DNA of 58,208 bases from Alphaproteobacteria bacterium (GTDB taxonomy: Bacteria > Pseudomonadota > Alphaproteobacteria > Rickettsiales > UBA3002), in the NCBI GenBank assembly GCA_031402515.1, contig JANNSK010000093.1:1-58208 (forward strand), given 5' to 3'. Within the stretch, counting starts at the first letter, position 1; each line of letters starts with the position of its first letter. The notes below the pieces were generated by a model, which was not told the origin of the DNA, ran no database searches, and saw only the letters and a program-made list of their open reading frames with translations. A program made the translations under genes and the position numbers. Positions 9,877 to 19,023 of this stretch are shown here, in pieces.

Positions 9877-10415
9877 ATCGGTAACCCCAACAACTCATAG
9901 AGCTCGCGCTTGGTGTTGACGACTTGGTAAAACTGCCGGGTTTCCGGCCGGGCAAAGCCGACGGAAATCATTTGCTCCAGCAGCTCCACCAAGAGATCCC
10001 AGTAGCCATTATGATTGTAGATGACGACCTTCTTTTGGTGAATCTTGATTTGTCGCCAGGTGATGACTTCGAACATTTCGTCCAGCGTGCCGAAGCCACC
10101 GGGAAGGATGACGAACGTATCCGCGTTGTCGTACATGATTTGTTTGCGCTCGTGCATCGAGTCCACAAAATGCATTTTGGTGAGGCCTTTATGCTCGACC
10201 TCGATACGCCCCAGCGAGCGCGGGAATACGCCGATGACTTTGCCGCCTGCGGCGAGCGCGCCATTGGCCGTTTCACCCATGAGCCCGCAATCGCCGCCGC
10301 CATAGACAAGCTGGCGGCCAGCTTTCGCCAGGTCGTGCCCAAATTCGTGCGCCATGGTAAGATGTTCCGCTGGCACTTTTTGCTGGGCACCACAAAACAC
10401 ACAAATTGAACGCAT
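9873..10415 (-). CDS. LOG-family nucleotide phosphoribohydrolase (TIGR00730-like)
   Basis: ICVFCG, LVYGGG..GLMG, MHERK, PGGFGTLDE. Confidence 0.92.
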   Translation of the reverse strand: MRSICVFCGAQQKVPAEHLTMAHEFGHDLAKAGRQLVYGGGDCGLMGETANGALAAGGKVIGVFPRSLGRIEVEHKGLTKMHFVDSMHERKQIMYDNADTFVILPGGFGTLDEMFEVITWRQIKIHQKKVVIYNHNGYWDLLVELLEQMISVGFARPETRQFYQVVNTKRELYELLGLPI

Positions 10416-10499
10416 ATTCGATAAAGAATCACTCATAGAAGCGCGTGACCATAAGGATTCTGTAGAGCTTTGCAAGCGGCGCTGCGAAAAAAAACGCCG

Positions 10500-11030
10500 C
10501 TAGCGCTTCGATTCCGCCGAGAGCGTGGCTTCTTTCAGGGGTTCACCGCGAATCCGCCCCTCGGCGAGCACGGTCGTTGTGGGTGTATTGCGCCCCTCGA
10601 AAGCAATCTGCTGACGTAGTTGTTCGTTTTCGTGTGCGAGATAGCTGTTGGCAGATTCGTATTGCTTTAATCGTAGCACGCTTTTATCGACTGCGTTGAT
10701 GTCGTATTGCTTTTTTGTTTGCTCTTGCCAAAGATTAAAGGCCATCCAGAAGGTGCCGATTTTAAGGCCCCAGCCTTCGCCGTTGAGCAGCACCATTTGT
10801 CCAGTTTTCTCGGAGGCTTCAAGAAGCTTATCGCCCGCTTTTCTCAATCCAAAAAGTCCGTATGGCCGGGCGAACCAGCTGCCCTTCCACTGCCGCGCCA
10901 GCACGAAGCCACCGACAGTCGCCGCAATCGGCAGGATAATCTGCGAGGCGGTGGCCTTGAGATATTGGCCGACCGTCAGCGTGCCGCTTTCACGATCACG
11001 GTAAGCGCGGGTTTTTAGTATCTCGGACAT
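10500..11030 (-). CDS. orphan membrane/coiled-coil protein, 176 aa, paralog of the upstream gene
   Basis: Hydrophobic helix plus coiled coil; aligns by eye with 11035-11577. Confidence 0.75.
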   Translation of the reverse strand: MSEILKTRAYRDRESGTLTVGQYLKATASQIILPIAATVGGFVLARQWKGSWFARPYGLFGLRKAGDKLLEASEKTGQMVLLNGEGWGLKIGTFWMAFNLWQEQTKKQYDINAVDKSVLRLKQYESANSYLAHENEQLRQQIAFEGRNTPTTTVLAEGRIRGEPLKEATLSAESKR

Positions 11031-11034
11031 GGGG

Positions 11035-11577
11035 TTAATGAATAATACGATTTTCAGGAGTTTCGGAAGCGGCTATTTTTTCCCGCCACGATCCTGCGGG
11101 TTTGCTGCGTATTTTTGGCGCGACTTCTTTTTCCTTCAGCATCGCCCACAGGCGCTGGTTTTCTCGTTTGAGTTCGGGATCGGTTTTTTTGAACAGTTCG
11201 ATATCGGAAATATCTTTGGTAATTTCATCCACCTGCAACTGTGCTTGCTTTTCTTTTTTCCAATGGCCGTAGCCGAGGGTAAGTCCGCCGATGAGGCCGC
11301 CGAATGCCGCGCCGCCAATCGCCACCCACATGGCTTGCAAACTCGGTGCTTGTTTGAGCCCGGGCCATGTCGATAGACGGCCAATTAAATCCTTCCAGCC
11401 TTTTTCAGCCATCATTGGATTGTCGGGGAACCATTTATTTCCCAACGCAAGTCCGCCCCATACACCGGCGACCTGACTGCCAACGATAACGGCCATCTCA
11501 TACAGCTTCTTCACCATGTAGCTGCCGAAGCCCAGCTTAGCGTCGTAATCGCGATTCGTGTCCTGCCCTGATGGCAT
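11035..11577 (-). CDS. orphan Gly-zipper membrane/coiled-coil protein, 180 aa
   Basis: Two Gly-rich hydrophobic helices then a coiled coil; AAGGAG RBS. Confidence 0.78.
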   Translation of the reverse strand: MPSGQDTNRDYDAKLGFGSYMVKKLYEMAVIVGSQVAGVWGGLALGNKWFPDNPMMAEKGWKDLIGRLSTWPGLKQAPSLQAMWVAIGGAAFGGLIGGLTLGYGHWKKEKQAQLQVDEITKDISDIELFKKTDPELKRENQRLWAMLKEKEVAPKIRSKPAGSWREKIAASETPENRIIH

Positions 11578-11623
11578 AGAGACTCCTTCATGTTTAGAAT
11601 AGCTTATTTACCCGGTGAGTAGT

Positions 11624-11641
11624 GTGAACCTTTTGTGAAGA
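11624..11641 (-). promoter_or_regulatory. degenerate box TCTTCAC-AAAA-GGTTCAC
   Basis: Same 11-bp periodicity; 46 nt before ATG 11577. Confidence 0.6.
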
Positions 11642-11687
11642 TGGAACTGGTAATCCGCTGAATTCTATGTATTTATCGATAAAGTCT

Positions 11688-12368
11688 ATGAGCGACGAAC
11701 AACATTATCTCGGCCACCGGTCCCGCCTGCGCAGCCGATTTATCGAAGGCGGCAGCGCCGCCCTGCCGGATTATGAGCTGCTCGAACTTATTCTTTTTTC
11801 CGCCAAACCGCGCGGTGACGTCAAGCCGCTGGCCAAACGCCTGCTCAAGGAATTTGGTTCCTTCGACAAGGTGATCTACGCCGACGATAACGCCTTGCGC
11901 GCCGTCGATGCGGTGGGGGATGCGGTGGTTGCTGCCATTAAGACCATCCGCGCCGCGACGGAGCGATTGATCAGGCTGGAGGTGGAGGAGCGCCCGGTCA
12001 TCCAGTCATGGTCGGCACTGATGGATTATTGTCGGTTGATCATGGGCAAAAACAAGGTCGAGGAGCTGCGCGTTCTGTTCCTCAATAATCGCCACATGCT
12101 GATTGCCGACGAGCTCATGCAGAAAGGTACGGTAAACCATTCGCCGATTTATCCGCGTGAAATCGTTAAACGCGCGTTGGAGCTGGCGGCATCGGCAATC
12201 ATCCTGGTGCATAACCATCCGAGCGGCGACGCCACGCCATCGAAAGCCGATATCGACATCACTAAGAAAATCGTCGAGGCGGCAGCAACTATTGGCGTTG
12301 CCGTGCACGACCATGTCATCATCACCGAAGCCGGGCATTATTCGTTCAAGAGTTTTGGGCTGTTGTAA
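11688..12368 (+). CDS. radC: RadC/JAB-domain protein
   Basis: GHRSRLR, DYELLE, HNHPSGD, DHVII. Confidence 0.95.
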   Translation: MSDEQHYLGHRSRLRSRFIEGGSAALPDYELLELILFSAKPRGDVKPLAKRLLKEFGSFDKVIYADDNALRAVDAVGDAVVAAIKTIRAATERLIRLEVEERPVIQSWSALMDYCRLIMGKNKVEELRVLFLNNRHMLIADELMQKGTVNHSPIYPREIVKRALELAASAIILVHNHPSGDATPSKADIDITKKIVEAAATIGVAVHDHVIITEAGHYSFKSFGLL

Positions 12369-12375
12369 GAATCAA

Positions 12376-12446
12376 GTGCTAGTCGCTAGTGCTAGTGCTA
12401 AATATTAACCAAATTTTCTTAGCACTAGTGACTAGCACTAGCACTT
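12376..12446. repeat. inverted array of GCTAGT(C) units between convergent genes
   Basis: tgctagtcgctagtgctagtgcta ... tagcactagtgactagcactagca; could act as a bidirectional terminator. Confidence 0.75.
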
Positions 12447-13227
12447 ACTGCGCGGTCCAGCCACCATCGGCCGAAATATGGGTGCCGGTGATGTTGCTCG
12501 CCGCCTCCGAGCATAAAAACACTGCAATGCCGCCGATGTCGGATGCTTGGGTAAAACGTTGCGAGGGCTCTTTCTCCTTGAGCAGATCTTTCTTGGCCTG
12601 CTCCTTAGAGATATTTTCCTTCGTCGCACGGTCGTCGATCTGCTTCTCCACCAGTGGCGTATGGACCCAGCCGGGACAGATAGCATTGACGGTAATATTT
12701 TGCGATGCGACTTCAAGCGCGACGACTTTGGTAAGACCGACAAGCCCGTGCTTGGCTGCCACATAGGCTGATTTGTTGGGCGAAGCGACAAGCCCGTGCG
12801 CCGAGGCGACGTTGATGATGCGCCCGTAATTGCGTTTTTTCATCCCCGGCAGTGCGGCCTTGATAGCATGGAACGACGAACTTAAATTGATGGCGAGGAT
12901 GGCGTCCCACTTCTCTTCGGGGAATGCGTCGATGGGCGACGTGAACTGAATACCGGCGTTATTGACGAGAATATCGACCGCGCCGAAGTCTTTTTCCGCC
13001 TGTGCCACCATGGCTTTGATTTCAGCGGGCTTGCTCATATCGGCGGATGAATAGGCCGCCTTGATGGCGTATTGCTTGGCCATGCCCCCGACCAGTTTGT
13101 CGATTTCAGCCTTATCGCCAAAGCCATTAAAGAGTATGTTTACCCCCTGCCCCCCCAGCGCCTCGGCAATCGCCAGCCCAATGCCGGACGTTGAGCCGGT
13201 AACAATCGCGGTTTTGTTTTTGAGCAT
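12445..13227 (-). CDS. bdhA: 3-hydroxybutyrate dehydrogenase (SDR)
   Basis: TGSTSGIG, NNAGIQF, ASAHGLVAS..KSAYVAAKHG, ICPGWVHTPLV. Confidence 0.92.
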   Translation of the reverse strand: MLKNKTAIVTGSTSGIGLAIAEALGGQGVNILFNGFGDKAEIDKLVGGMAKQYAIKAAYSSADMSKPAEIKAMVAQAEKDFGAVDILVNNAGIQFTSPIDAFPEEKWDAILAINLSSSFHAIKAALPGMKKRNYGRIINVASAHGLVASPNKSAYVAAKHGLVGLTKVVALEVASQNITVNAICPGWVHTPLVEKQIDDRATKENISKEQAKKDLLKEKEPSQRFTQASDIGGIAVFLCSEAASNITGTHISADGGWTAQ

Positions 13228-13252
13228 AGCATCTCCTTTTCACATTCTCGGT

Positions 13253-13369
13253 CGTCACCCCCGCGTAGACGGGGGTCCAGCTTTACGCCGCGTCTGCGGC
13301 GAAAAGACCGCTGTCTTATCACGCCGGACGGCGCTTAACGTTGGATTCCCCGCCTGCGCGGGAATGACG
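13253..13369. repeat. REP/RPE-like bipartite palindrome
   Basis: CGTCACCCCCGCGTAGACGGGGGTCCA ... TGGATTCCCCGCCTGCGCGGGAATGACG. Confidence 0.75.
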
Positions 13370-13470
13370 GAACAAGAGGGAGTGGATAGCATCACATAAA
13401 GTATTTTAAAAGCATCGAATCGATTTTGAATTGCATTTCGCTGCACCATCTCCATGATGACGCGATGATC

Positions 13471-14799
13471 ATGTCCGATGAAAAACTGCTAGCTTCTTTC
13501 CACCGTGCTTTGCGCCATGTGGCGAAAACACTCGACATCCCCCTCACCGTCACACTGTGGGATGATTCAGAAATAGCGCTAGGCACGACGTCCGAAGGCG
13601 CACTATCCATTCGCAGCGCTGGCACTATCGCCTCGCTTCTAAAACGCCCGACATTCGAAAATCTCATCGGCCATTACGCCACGGGGAATATGGCCATTGA
13701 TGGCGATTTAATGACGCTCGGCCAAACCATGCGCGCCCGCGTCAAAAAGAAAGATTTTCGCCGCCTGAATAAAATGCTGCTGCTGCGTTCTTTGTGGCCA
13801 TTTTTGTTTGTACGCAGCGAGAAAGTCGTGGTCCGCCACGAGGACGAAGCCGGTGTGATGCATCGCAACGAACGCAATCAGGATTACATCCGCTTTCATT
13901 ACGATGTCGGTAATGATTTTTATCGCCTCTTCCTCGATCCCGAAATGCAGTATTCCTGCGGTTATTTTACCGATGCGGCGAATTCGTTAGAGCAAGCGCA
14001 GCAGGACAAGCTCGACATGATTTGCAAAAAACTACGCTTGCAAAAAGGCGAGCACATGCTCGATATCGGCTGCGGCTGGGGCGGCTTGATATGCCATGCG
14101 GCGAAGCATTACGGCGTCATCGCCCACGGCATCACCCTCTCCAACGAGCAATATGCATACACGAAAGAGAAAATCCGCGCGTTGGGATTGGAAAACCAGG
14201 TCACTGTCGAAATCCGTGATTACCTGACGCTCGATGGGCAGTACGATAAAATCTCCAGCATCGGCATGTTCGAGCATGTGGGCATCGCCAATTTCCCCAC
14301 CTATTTTCGCAAAGTGAATTCGCTGCTACGCGAGCGCGGTATTTTGCTCAACCACGCCATCGCGCGGCGGGCCAAGGCGAATGATCGTGACAGCGCCAAA
14401 AAAATTACGGCGGAGAAACGCCTGCTCCTCAAATATATTTTCCCCGGCTCCGAGCTTGCCCCCATCGGCCATACGGTAAGCAGCATGGAAACCTGTGGGT
14501 TCGAATTGCACGATGTCGAGGCCTGGCGCGAGCATTACGCACTGACCTGCAAACATTGGTGCGAGCGCCTCATCGCCAACAAGGACCGCGCCATTGCGTT
14601 GGTTGGTGTCGAGAAATACAATCTATGGGCGGCGTATCTGGCTGGCGTCTCGTTCGGATTCACTTCCGGCTCAATCCTCATATTTCAAGCCGTCGCCACC
14701 AAACGCGCCAAGCAGAAAGGCTTGTCCGGCATGAAGCTGACCCGGCAGGATTTGTATGAAGAAGCTGCGACATTAGAGAAATTGGTGGCTCGGGGGTGA
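13471..14799 (+). CDS. cfa: cyclopropane fatty-acyl phospholipid synthase family methyltransferase
   Basis: HYDVGNDFY, MQYSCGYF, LDIGCGWGG, SIGMFEHVG, YIFPG; start approximate. Confidence 0.9.
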   Translation: MSDEKLLASFHRALRHVAKTLDIPLTVTLWDDSEIALGTTSEGALSIRSAGTIASLLKRPTFENLIGHYATGNMAIDGDLMTLGQTMRARVKKKDFRRLNKMLLLRSLWPFLFVRSEKVVVRHEDEAGVMHRNERNQDYIRFHYDVGNDFYRLFLDPEMQYSCGYFTDAANSLEQAQQDKLDMICKKLRLQKGEHMLDIGCGWGGLICHAAKHYGVIAHGITLSNEQYAYTKEKIRALGLENQVTVEIRDYLTLDGQYDKISSIGMFEHVGIANFPTYFRKVNSLLRERGILLNHAIARRAKANDRDSAKKITAEKRLLLKYIFPGSELAPIGHTVSSMETCGFELHDVEAWREHYALTCKHWCERLIANKDRAIALVGVEKYNLWAAYLAGVSFGFTSGSILIFQAVATKRAKQKGLSGMKLTRQDLYEEAATLEKLVARG

Positions 14800-14857
14800 T
14801 TTGAACACCCGACCAAGGGATTATGATTCCCCTGCTCTACCGCTGAGCTACCGAGCC
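14783..14857 (-). tRNA. tRNA with CAT anticodon (probably elongator Met; Ile2 not excluded)
   Basis: GGCTCGGTAGCTCAGCGGTAGAGCAGGGGAATCATAATCCCTTGGTCGGGTGTTCAAATCACCCCCGAGCCACCA folds as a cloverleaf with paired G1-C72 and encoded CCA. Confidence 0.93.
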
Positions 14858-14898
14858 GCCCTGCGAGGTTGCGTAACCTAGCCAAAAAGCGGGGGGTG

Positions 14899-15324
14899 TC
14901 AAGTAAGCTGCAGCGAATCCAGCGCGGATTTGAGATCATAGATAAAGCGGCGGGATTCTTCTTCCGTATATTCCTCGGCATCTCCACCCCAGACGGGGTT
15001 CGGCCATGCAGCATCGCCCTTATAACGGGCAATCACATGCACATGCAGCTGATTCACCTGATTGCCCAAGGTCGCAATATTCAGTTTATCCGGTGTCACC
15101 AGTGCTTTCAGTATATGCGAGACAATGGCAATTTCATCGCTCAGCCGGTGTTGGTCCTCGCGCGATAAATCGACCCATTCGGTAAGGTCAGGATGGCGCG
15201 GCACCAACACTAGCCACGGAAATTTCTTGTTATTCATCAGCCGTACGTTACATAAAGGAAGGTTGGTCACGGGCAACGTGTCCCGGCTTAAACGGAGGTC
15301 TAACTCGAACCCGGATGGTTTCAT
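14899..15324 (-). CDS. HIT family protein
   Basis: FELDLRLSRDT, PWLVLVPR, KLNIATLGNQVNQLHVHVIAR. Confidence 0.92.
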   Translation of the reverse strand: MKPSGFELDLRLSRDTLPVTNLPLCNVRLMNNKKFPWLVLVPRHPDLTEWVDLSREDQHRLSDEIAIVSHILKALVTPDKLNIATLGNQVNQLHVHVIARYKGDAAWPNPVWGGDAEEYTEEESRRFIYDLKSALDSLQLT

Positions 15325-15832
15325 GAAACTGCCTCGCCTCTTCTGGACCTTCATCTATATGGGGCTCATTCCTCTGGTCAACTGGTCGTTCGCCCATACG
15401 CCCGTTGTGCCCATGCCGGATGGCGGCGCCTGGGCACCCTTCGCCATCGTCACTGGTCTTGTGCTGGTATTCCGCGATTTTGCCCAGCGCGAAGTCGGGC
15501 ACAAGATTTTTATCCCGTTGCTGATAGGCATCGCCGTTTCGTTTCTGATGGCTCCGCCCGCCATCGCGCTCGCCAGCGCCGCCGCTTTCGGCATCAGCGA
15601 GGCGGTGGATTGGTTGGTTTACAGCGTCAGCAAGCGCCCGCTTTCCCAACGCGTGTTGATTTCCTCTGGCTTTTCAGCGCCCATCGACTCTGCCGTATTC
15701 TGGCTGCTGGCCAGCCTGAGTCTGGCTGGAGTTTTCACTTGGTCGACGGTACTGACAGCGATCGCCAGCAAACTGGCGGGAGCGTATGTGGTGTATCTGA
15801 TTATACGCAAGCAAGAAAAATCACCTCTATAA
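15323..15832 (+). CDS. VUT-family (queuosine-precursor transporter-like) membrane protein
   Basis: Multiple TM helices; GLVLVFRDFAQ, SEAVDWLVYS, SAPIDSAVF. Confidence 0.75.
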   Translation: MKLPRLFWTFIYMGLIPLVNWSFAHTPVVPMPDGGAWAPFAIVTGLVLVFRDFAQREVGHKIFIPLLIGIAVSFLMAPPAIALASAAAFGISEAVDWLVYSVSKRPLSQRVLISSGFSAPIDSAVFWLLASLSLAGVFTWSTVLTAIASKLAGAYVVYLIIRKQEKSPL

Positions 15833-16609
15833 TGGTATAAACCCGCTGGGCAGTTTTGAGATTACACTGCGAAGTTTCTCTAAATCGAAACAGGGCGAAT
15901 AGCGTTCGTGCATAACAATGTGCCACTCATTACTCAATGGTCGATAGTGCATGGAATGATTGGCAAAGAGTAATTCCAAACTTTTTTTGGAGTAAATACT
16001 TACATGACCATTCCGCGGACTGATGTACCAATCCTTCGCTGGGTTATCAGCTGATTGGGCCTCGTAAAGCGTGGTAGAAAAAATAATAGCCCCATGAGGC
16101 ACCAGCAAATGTTGCCAATGCCCCGCAAGCTGGTTGGGAGCAGTGGCATGCTCAAGTACTTCGCTAGAAAATATGATGTTAAAACGCTGATTGGGTAATT
16201 CGGACATCTCGGTATTCAGTGGATCATAGCTAGTGATGGCAAAATCACTGGCCAATAATTGAGCGAACCTGCCACTTCCTGCCCCATAGTCCAGCACTAC
16301 GGGCATAGCTTCGCTCGTATATGCCTGTTTTATGGCACTCCTAAAAAAATTAGCGTTCGATGCGGGCCTGATCTCTGCATAAAGAGGATCCACCCGAATA
16401 TAGTCTTCATTATAAATAATCCGTTTCCACTCATCTTCGGTATAGGTATCAAAAAAACTCGTGAATACGAAACCACATTGCGAACAACAATAATAATCGA
16501 CGTTAACACCTGTTGCCGAAAAAACATGCCCGGCCTGCTCATTGCAATTCTTTGAAAGATCGAAGGTGCGAAACAGCCGTGCGCTATCTTTGCAAATTTT
16601 GCAAATCAC
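15827..16609 (-). CDS. class I SAM-dependent methyltransferase with N-terminal Cys pairs
   Basis: CKIC..CSQC, VLDYGAGSG, EVLEH, PRNGHVSIY; GTG start overlaps the purB stop; AT-richer than its neighbours. Confidence 0.82.
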   Translation of the reverse strand: MICKICKDSARLFRTFDLSKNCNEQAGHVFSATGVNVDYYCCSQCGFVFTSFFDTYTEDEWKRIIYNEDYIRVDPLYAEIRPASNANFFRSAIKQAYTSEAMPVVLDYGAGSGRFAQLLASDFAITSYDPLNTEMSELPNQRFNIIFSSEVLEHATAPNQLAGHWQHLLVPHGAIIFSTTLYEAQSADNPAKDWYISPRNGHVSIYSKKSLELLFANHSMHYRPLSNEWHIVMHERYSPCFDLEKLRSVISKLPSGFIPL

Positions 16610-17913
16610 CCAAACACCCGTTTGAAAATCGTATCGACATGCTTGGTGTGGTAAGTGGTGTCGAACAGAGCGCAAAGTTCGGCGGCGGAGAGATGTTTAC
16701 TGATCGCACTATTCTTTTTTAGTTCATGCAGGAAATTGGCGCCTTCCTGCCAGACTTTCATCGCTGCTGTTTGCACATGCGCATAGGCGTCCTCGCGGCT
16801 CATGCCTTTTTGCGTGAGGGTGAGCATGACGCGCTGCGAGAATACGAGCCCGCTCAAGCGGTCAAGGTTTTTTTGGATATGGTCGGGGTAAATGACGAGT
16901 TTATCAATGACTTCAGACAATCGATGCAGGGCGAAATCAAGGGTAATCGTCGCATCCGGCCCGATATAACGTTCGACCGACGAATGCGAAATATCCCGTT
17001 CGTGCCATAGGGCGACGTTTTCCATGGCAGGTGTGACGGCCGATCGCACCATGCGCGCCAGGCCGCAAAGATTCTCACTCAGCACCGGATTGCGCTTATG
17101 CGGCATGGCGGACGAGCCTTTCTGGCCCTTTGAGAAAAACTCCTCCGCCTCCAGTACTTCCGTACGTTGCAGATGGCGAATTTCAGTGGCGATATTTTCG
17201 ATGGAAGAAGCAATCACGCCGAGCGTGGCGAAAAACATCGCATGCCGGTCACGCGGAATCACTTGCGTAGAAATCGGCTCGACACTTAAGTTCATTTTAC
17301 GCGCGACATGCGCTTCGACCTTGGGGTCCACATTGGCAAACGTACCAACGGCGCCGGAAATCGCGCAGACGCTGATTTCTTTTTTCGCCGCTTCGAGCCG
17401 TACCCGGTTGCGCTTGAATTCGGCATAAAAACGCGCGAATTTGAGGCCCATCGTCACCGGTTCGGCATGGATGCCGTGGCTGCGGCCCATGGCGACGATG
17501 TCCTTCGTTTCCATCGCGCGATTTTTGAGCGCGTCTAAGACTTTATCGATACCGCCAAGCAATAAATCGGAAGCACGGCTGAGTTGCACGGATAAGCACG
17601 TGTCGAGCACGTCGGATGACGTCATGCCCTGATGGAGGAATCGTGCTTCCTCGCCTATCGTTTCAGAAACATAGGTGAGGAAGGCGATGACGTCGTGCTT
17701 CGTGGTGCGTTCGATTTCGTCGATGCGAGCAATGGCTTTCTCGTCGAAATGCGTGGGCGCTTTTTTCCAGATAGCTTTGGCGGCCTCTTTAGGAATCGTG
17801 CCAAGTTCGGCCATCGCGTCGGCCGCATGGGCTTCGATGTCGAACCAGATAGAAAATCGGGTGGCAGGCTGCCAGATGGCAACCATATCCGGGCGTGCAT
17901 AACGTGGGATCAT
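16606..17913 (-). CDS. purB: adenylosuccinate lyase
   Basis: MIPRY, HDVIAF, GRSHGIHAEP, GSSAMPHKRNP. Confidence 0.97.
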   Translation of the reverse strand: MIPRYARPDMVAIWQPATRFSIWFDIEAHAADAMAELGTIPKEAAKAIWKKAPTHFDEKAIARIDEIERTTKHDVIAFLTYVSETIGEEARFLHQGMTSSDVLDTCLSVQLSRASDLLLGGIDKVLDALKNRAMETKDIVAMGRSHGIHAEPVTMGLKFARFYAEFKRNRVRLEAAKKEISVCAISGAVGTFANVDPKVEAHVARKMNLSVEPISTQVIPRDRHAMFFATLGVIASSIENIATEIRHLQRTEVLEAEEFFSKGQKGSSAMPHKRNPVLSENLCGLARMVRSAVTPAMENVALWHERDISHSSVERYIGPDATITLDFALHRLSEVIDKLVIYPDHIQKNLDRLSGLVFSQRVMLTLTQKGMSREDAYAHVQTAAMKVWQEGANFLHELKKNSAISKHLSAAELCALFDTTYHTKHVDTIFKRVFG

Positions 17914-17960
17914 AGGTCTCGCATATTAACGAGCATTTGAAGCGCGGCAATGAAAAAGAC

Positions 17961-18944
17961 CTAACTATACGCAATCTGGCGGTTTTTTGGCCGCGCCGCA
18001 GCCAGATGCGACGGCAATCCGGAGTCGAACTCTTCACGCGGGGCCACCGCCTCGCCACCTGCCAGACGCTGCAGCGTGGACTGTGGGATATCCGCCTCGC
18101 TGAATAGCCATACCCAGAAATCGTCTGTTTTGCCTTTGGGGAGTTTGGCAATTTTTTTCACGATAGCATCGCGCGCGTCATGATTCTCTGCTCCGGCAAT
18201 GCCGAGAATATATCCGTTCCGTGTATAGCAGGAGATAGAACTGAACCCATCGTCCCCCCACACGCCCCTTGCTGTGCCGCCCTTGCCGGAAACACATTCG
18301 CGCCCTTTGCCGATGACGGCGGCAGTATTGGAGTGTTTTGTCAGTTTTGCTTCTTCAGCGAAGCGCGTCAGCAATAAATAATCCATTCGCGCCATGTCGT
18401 AGGCGGTACTGTAATGCTTTTCATGCGGCATACCGTCGGCCGTGACGAAATGCGACGCGACAAGTCCCTGCTGACGCGCGACGTAATTCATGCAGTACGC
18501 GAAATCCTTGAGGTTGTGTTCTTTGAAAAACTCTTTTATTTCGCGCGCATGCCGATTGCGGTTCTTATCGTAATCATTATGCTGTGGAAGCTCTTTGGTT
18601 AGCTTGCGGTCCAGCTTCTGATAGGCCTCACTATCTTTCCCCAACTGCCACTCCGCCGCCGCCAGCGCGCCGAGGTCGAGCGCGTAGACATTGTGTGAAT
18701 CATGGATCATCGCGCGGATTTTTTTATCGTTTCGTGTCAGGAATTCTTCGGAGATCGTGTCCTTATCGCGCATAGCGAGGATGGTATAGTAGGTCCAGAT
18801 CTTGCTGACGGAAGCCGTGTCCTGAGGTTTGTGGGGATCATGGCTCTCGCTCACGATGAGCTCGCCGTAACTATCCAATACAGCCCATGAACCAATTGGT
18901 TTTTTAGGGTTGTCGTCTTTGTTTTTTTTGTCCAGCGTACCCAT
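17961..18944 (-). CDS. divergent serine DD-carboxypeptidase (S11-like) lacking a signal peptide
   Basis: TASVSK (SxxK), SHN (SxN), HFVTADGM, STAYDMA; KGG in place of KTG. Confidence 0.75.
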   Translation of the reverse strand: MGTLDKKNKDDNPKKPIGSWAVLDSYGELIVSESHDPHKPQDTASVSKIWTYYTILAMRDKDTISEEFLTRNDKKIRAMIHDSHNVYALDLGALAAAEWQLGKDSEAYQKLDRKLTKELPQHNDYDKNRNRHAREIKEFFKEHNLKDFAYCMNYVARQQGLVASHFVTADGMPHEKHYSTAYDMARMDYLLLTRFAEEAKLTKHSNTAAVIGKGRECVSGKGGTARGVWGDDGFSSISCYTRNGYILGIAGAENHDARDAIVKKIAKLPKGKTDDFWVWLFSEADIPQSTLQRLAGGEAVAPREEFDSGLPSHLAAARPKNRQIAYS

Positions 18945-18968
18945 CGCTGCCCCCCATACCGTAGCTTC

Positions 18969-19002
18969 AGTATAGCAGGGAATTGTTACAGTTTGATGAC
19001 AG
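18969..19002 (-). promoter_or_regulatory. Pho-type promoter: box CTGTCAT-CAAA-CTGTAAC, 10 nt, then -10 TATACT
   Basis: Box at 18985-19002; canonical box-10 nt-(-10) geometry. Confidence 0.8.
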
Positions 19003-19023
19003 CGGGCAATTAATTAAGGTTAA

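Noticed and set aside
11688-12368. radC as a mobile-element marker
   Set aside because: Full-length chromosomal type with no mobility genes nearby.
14783-14857. tRNA as integration site of an island
   Set aside because: No integrase and no duplicated tRNA 3' end seen by eye.
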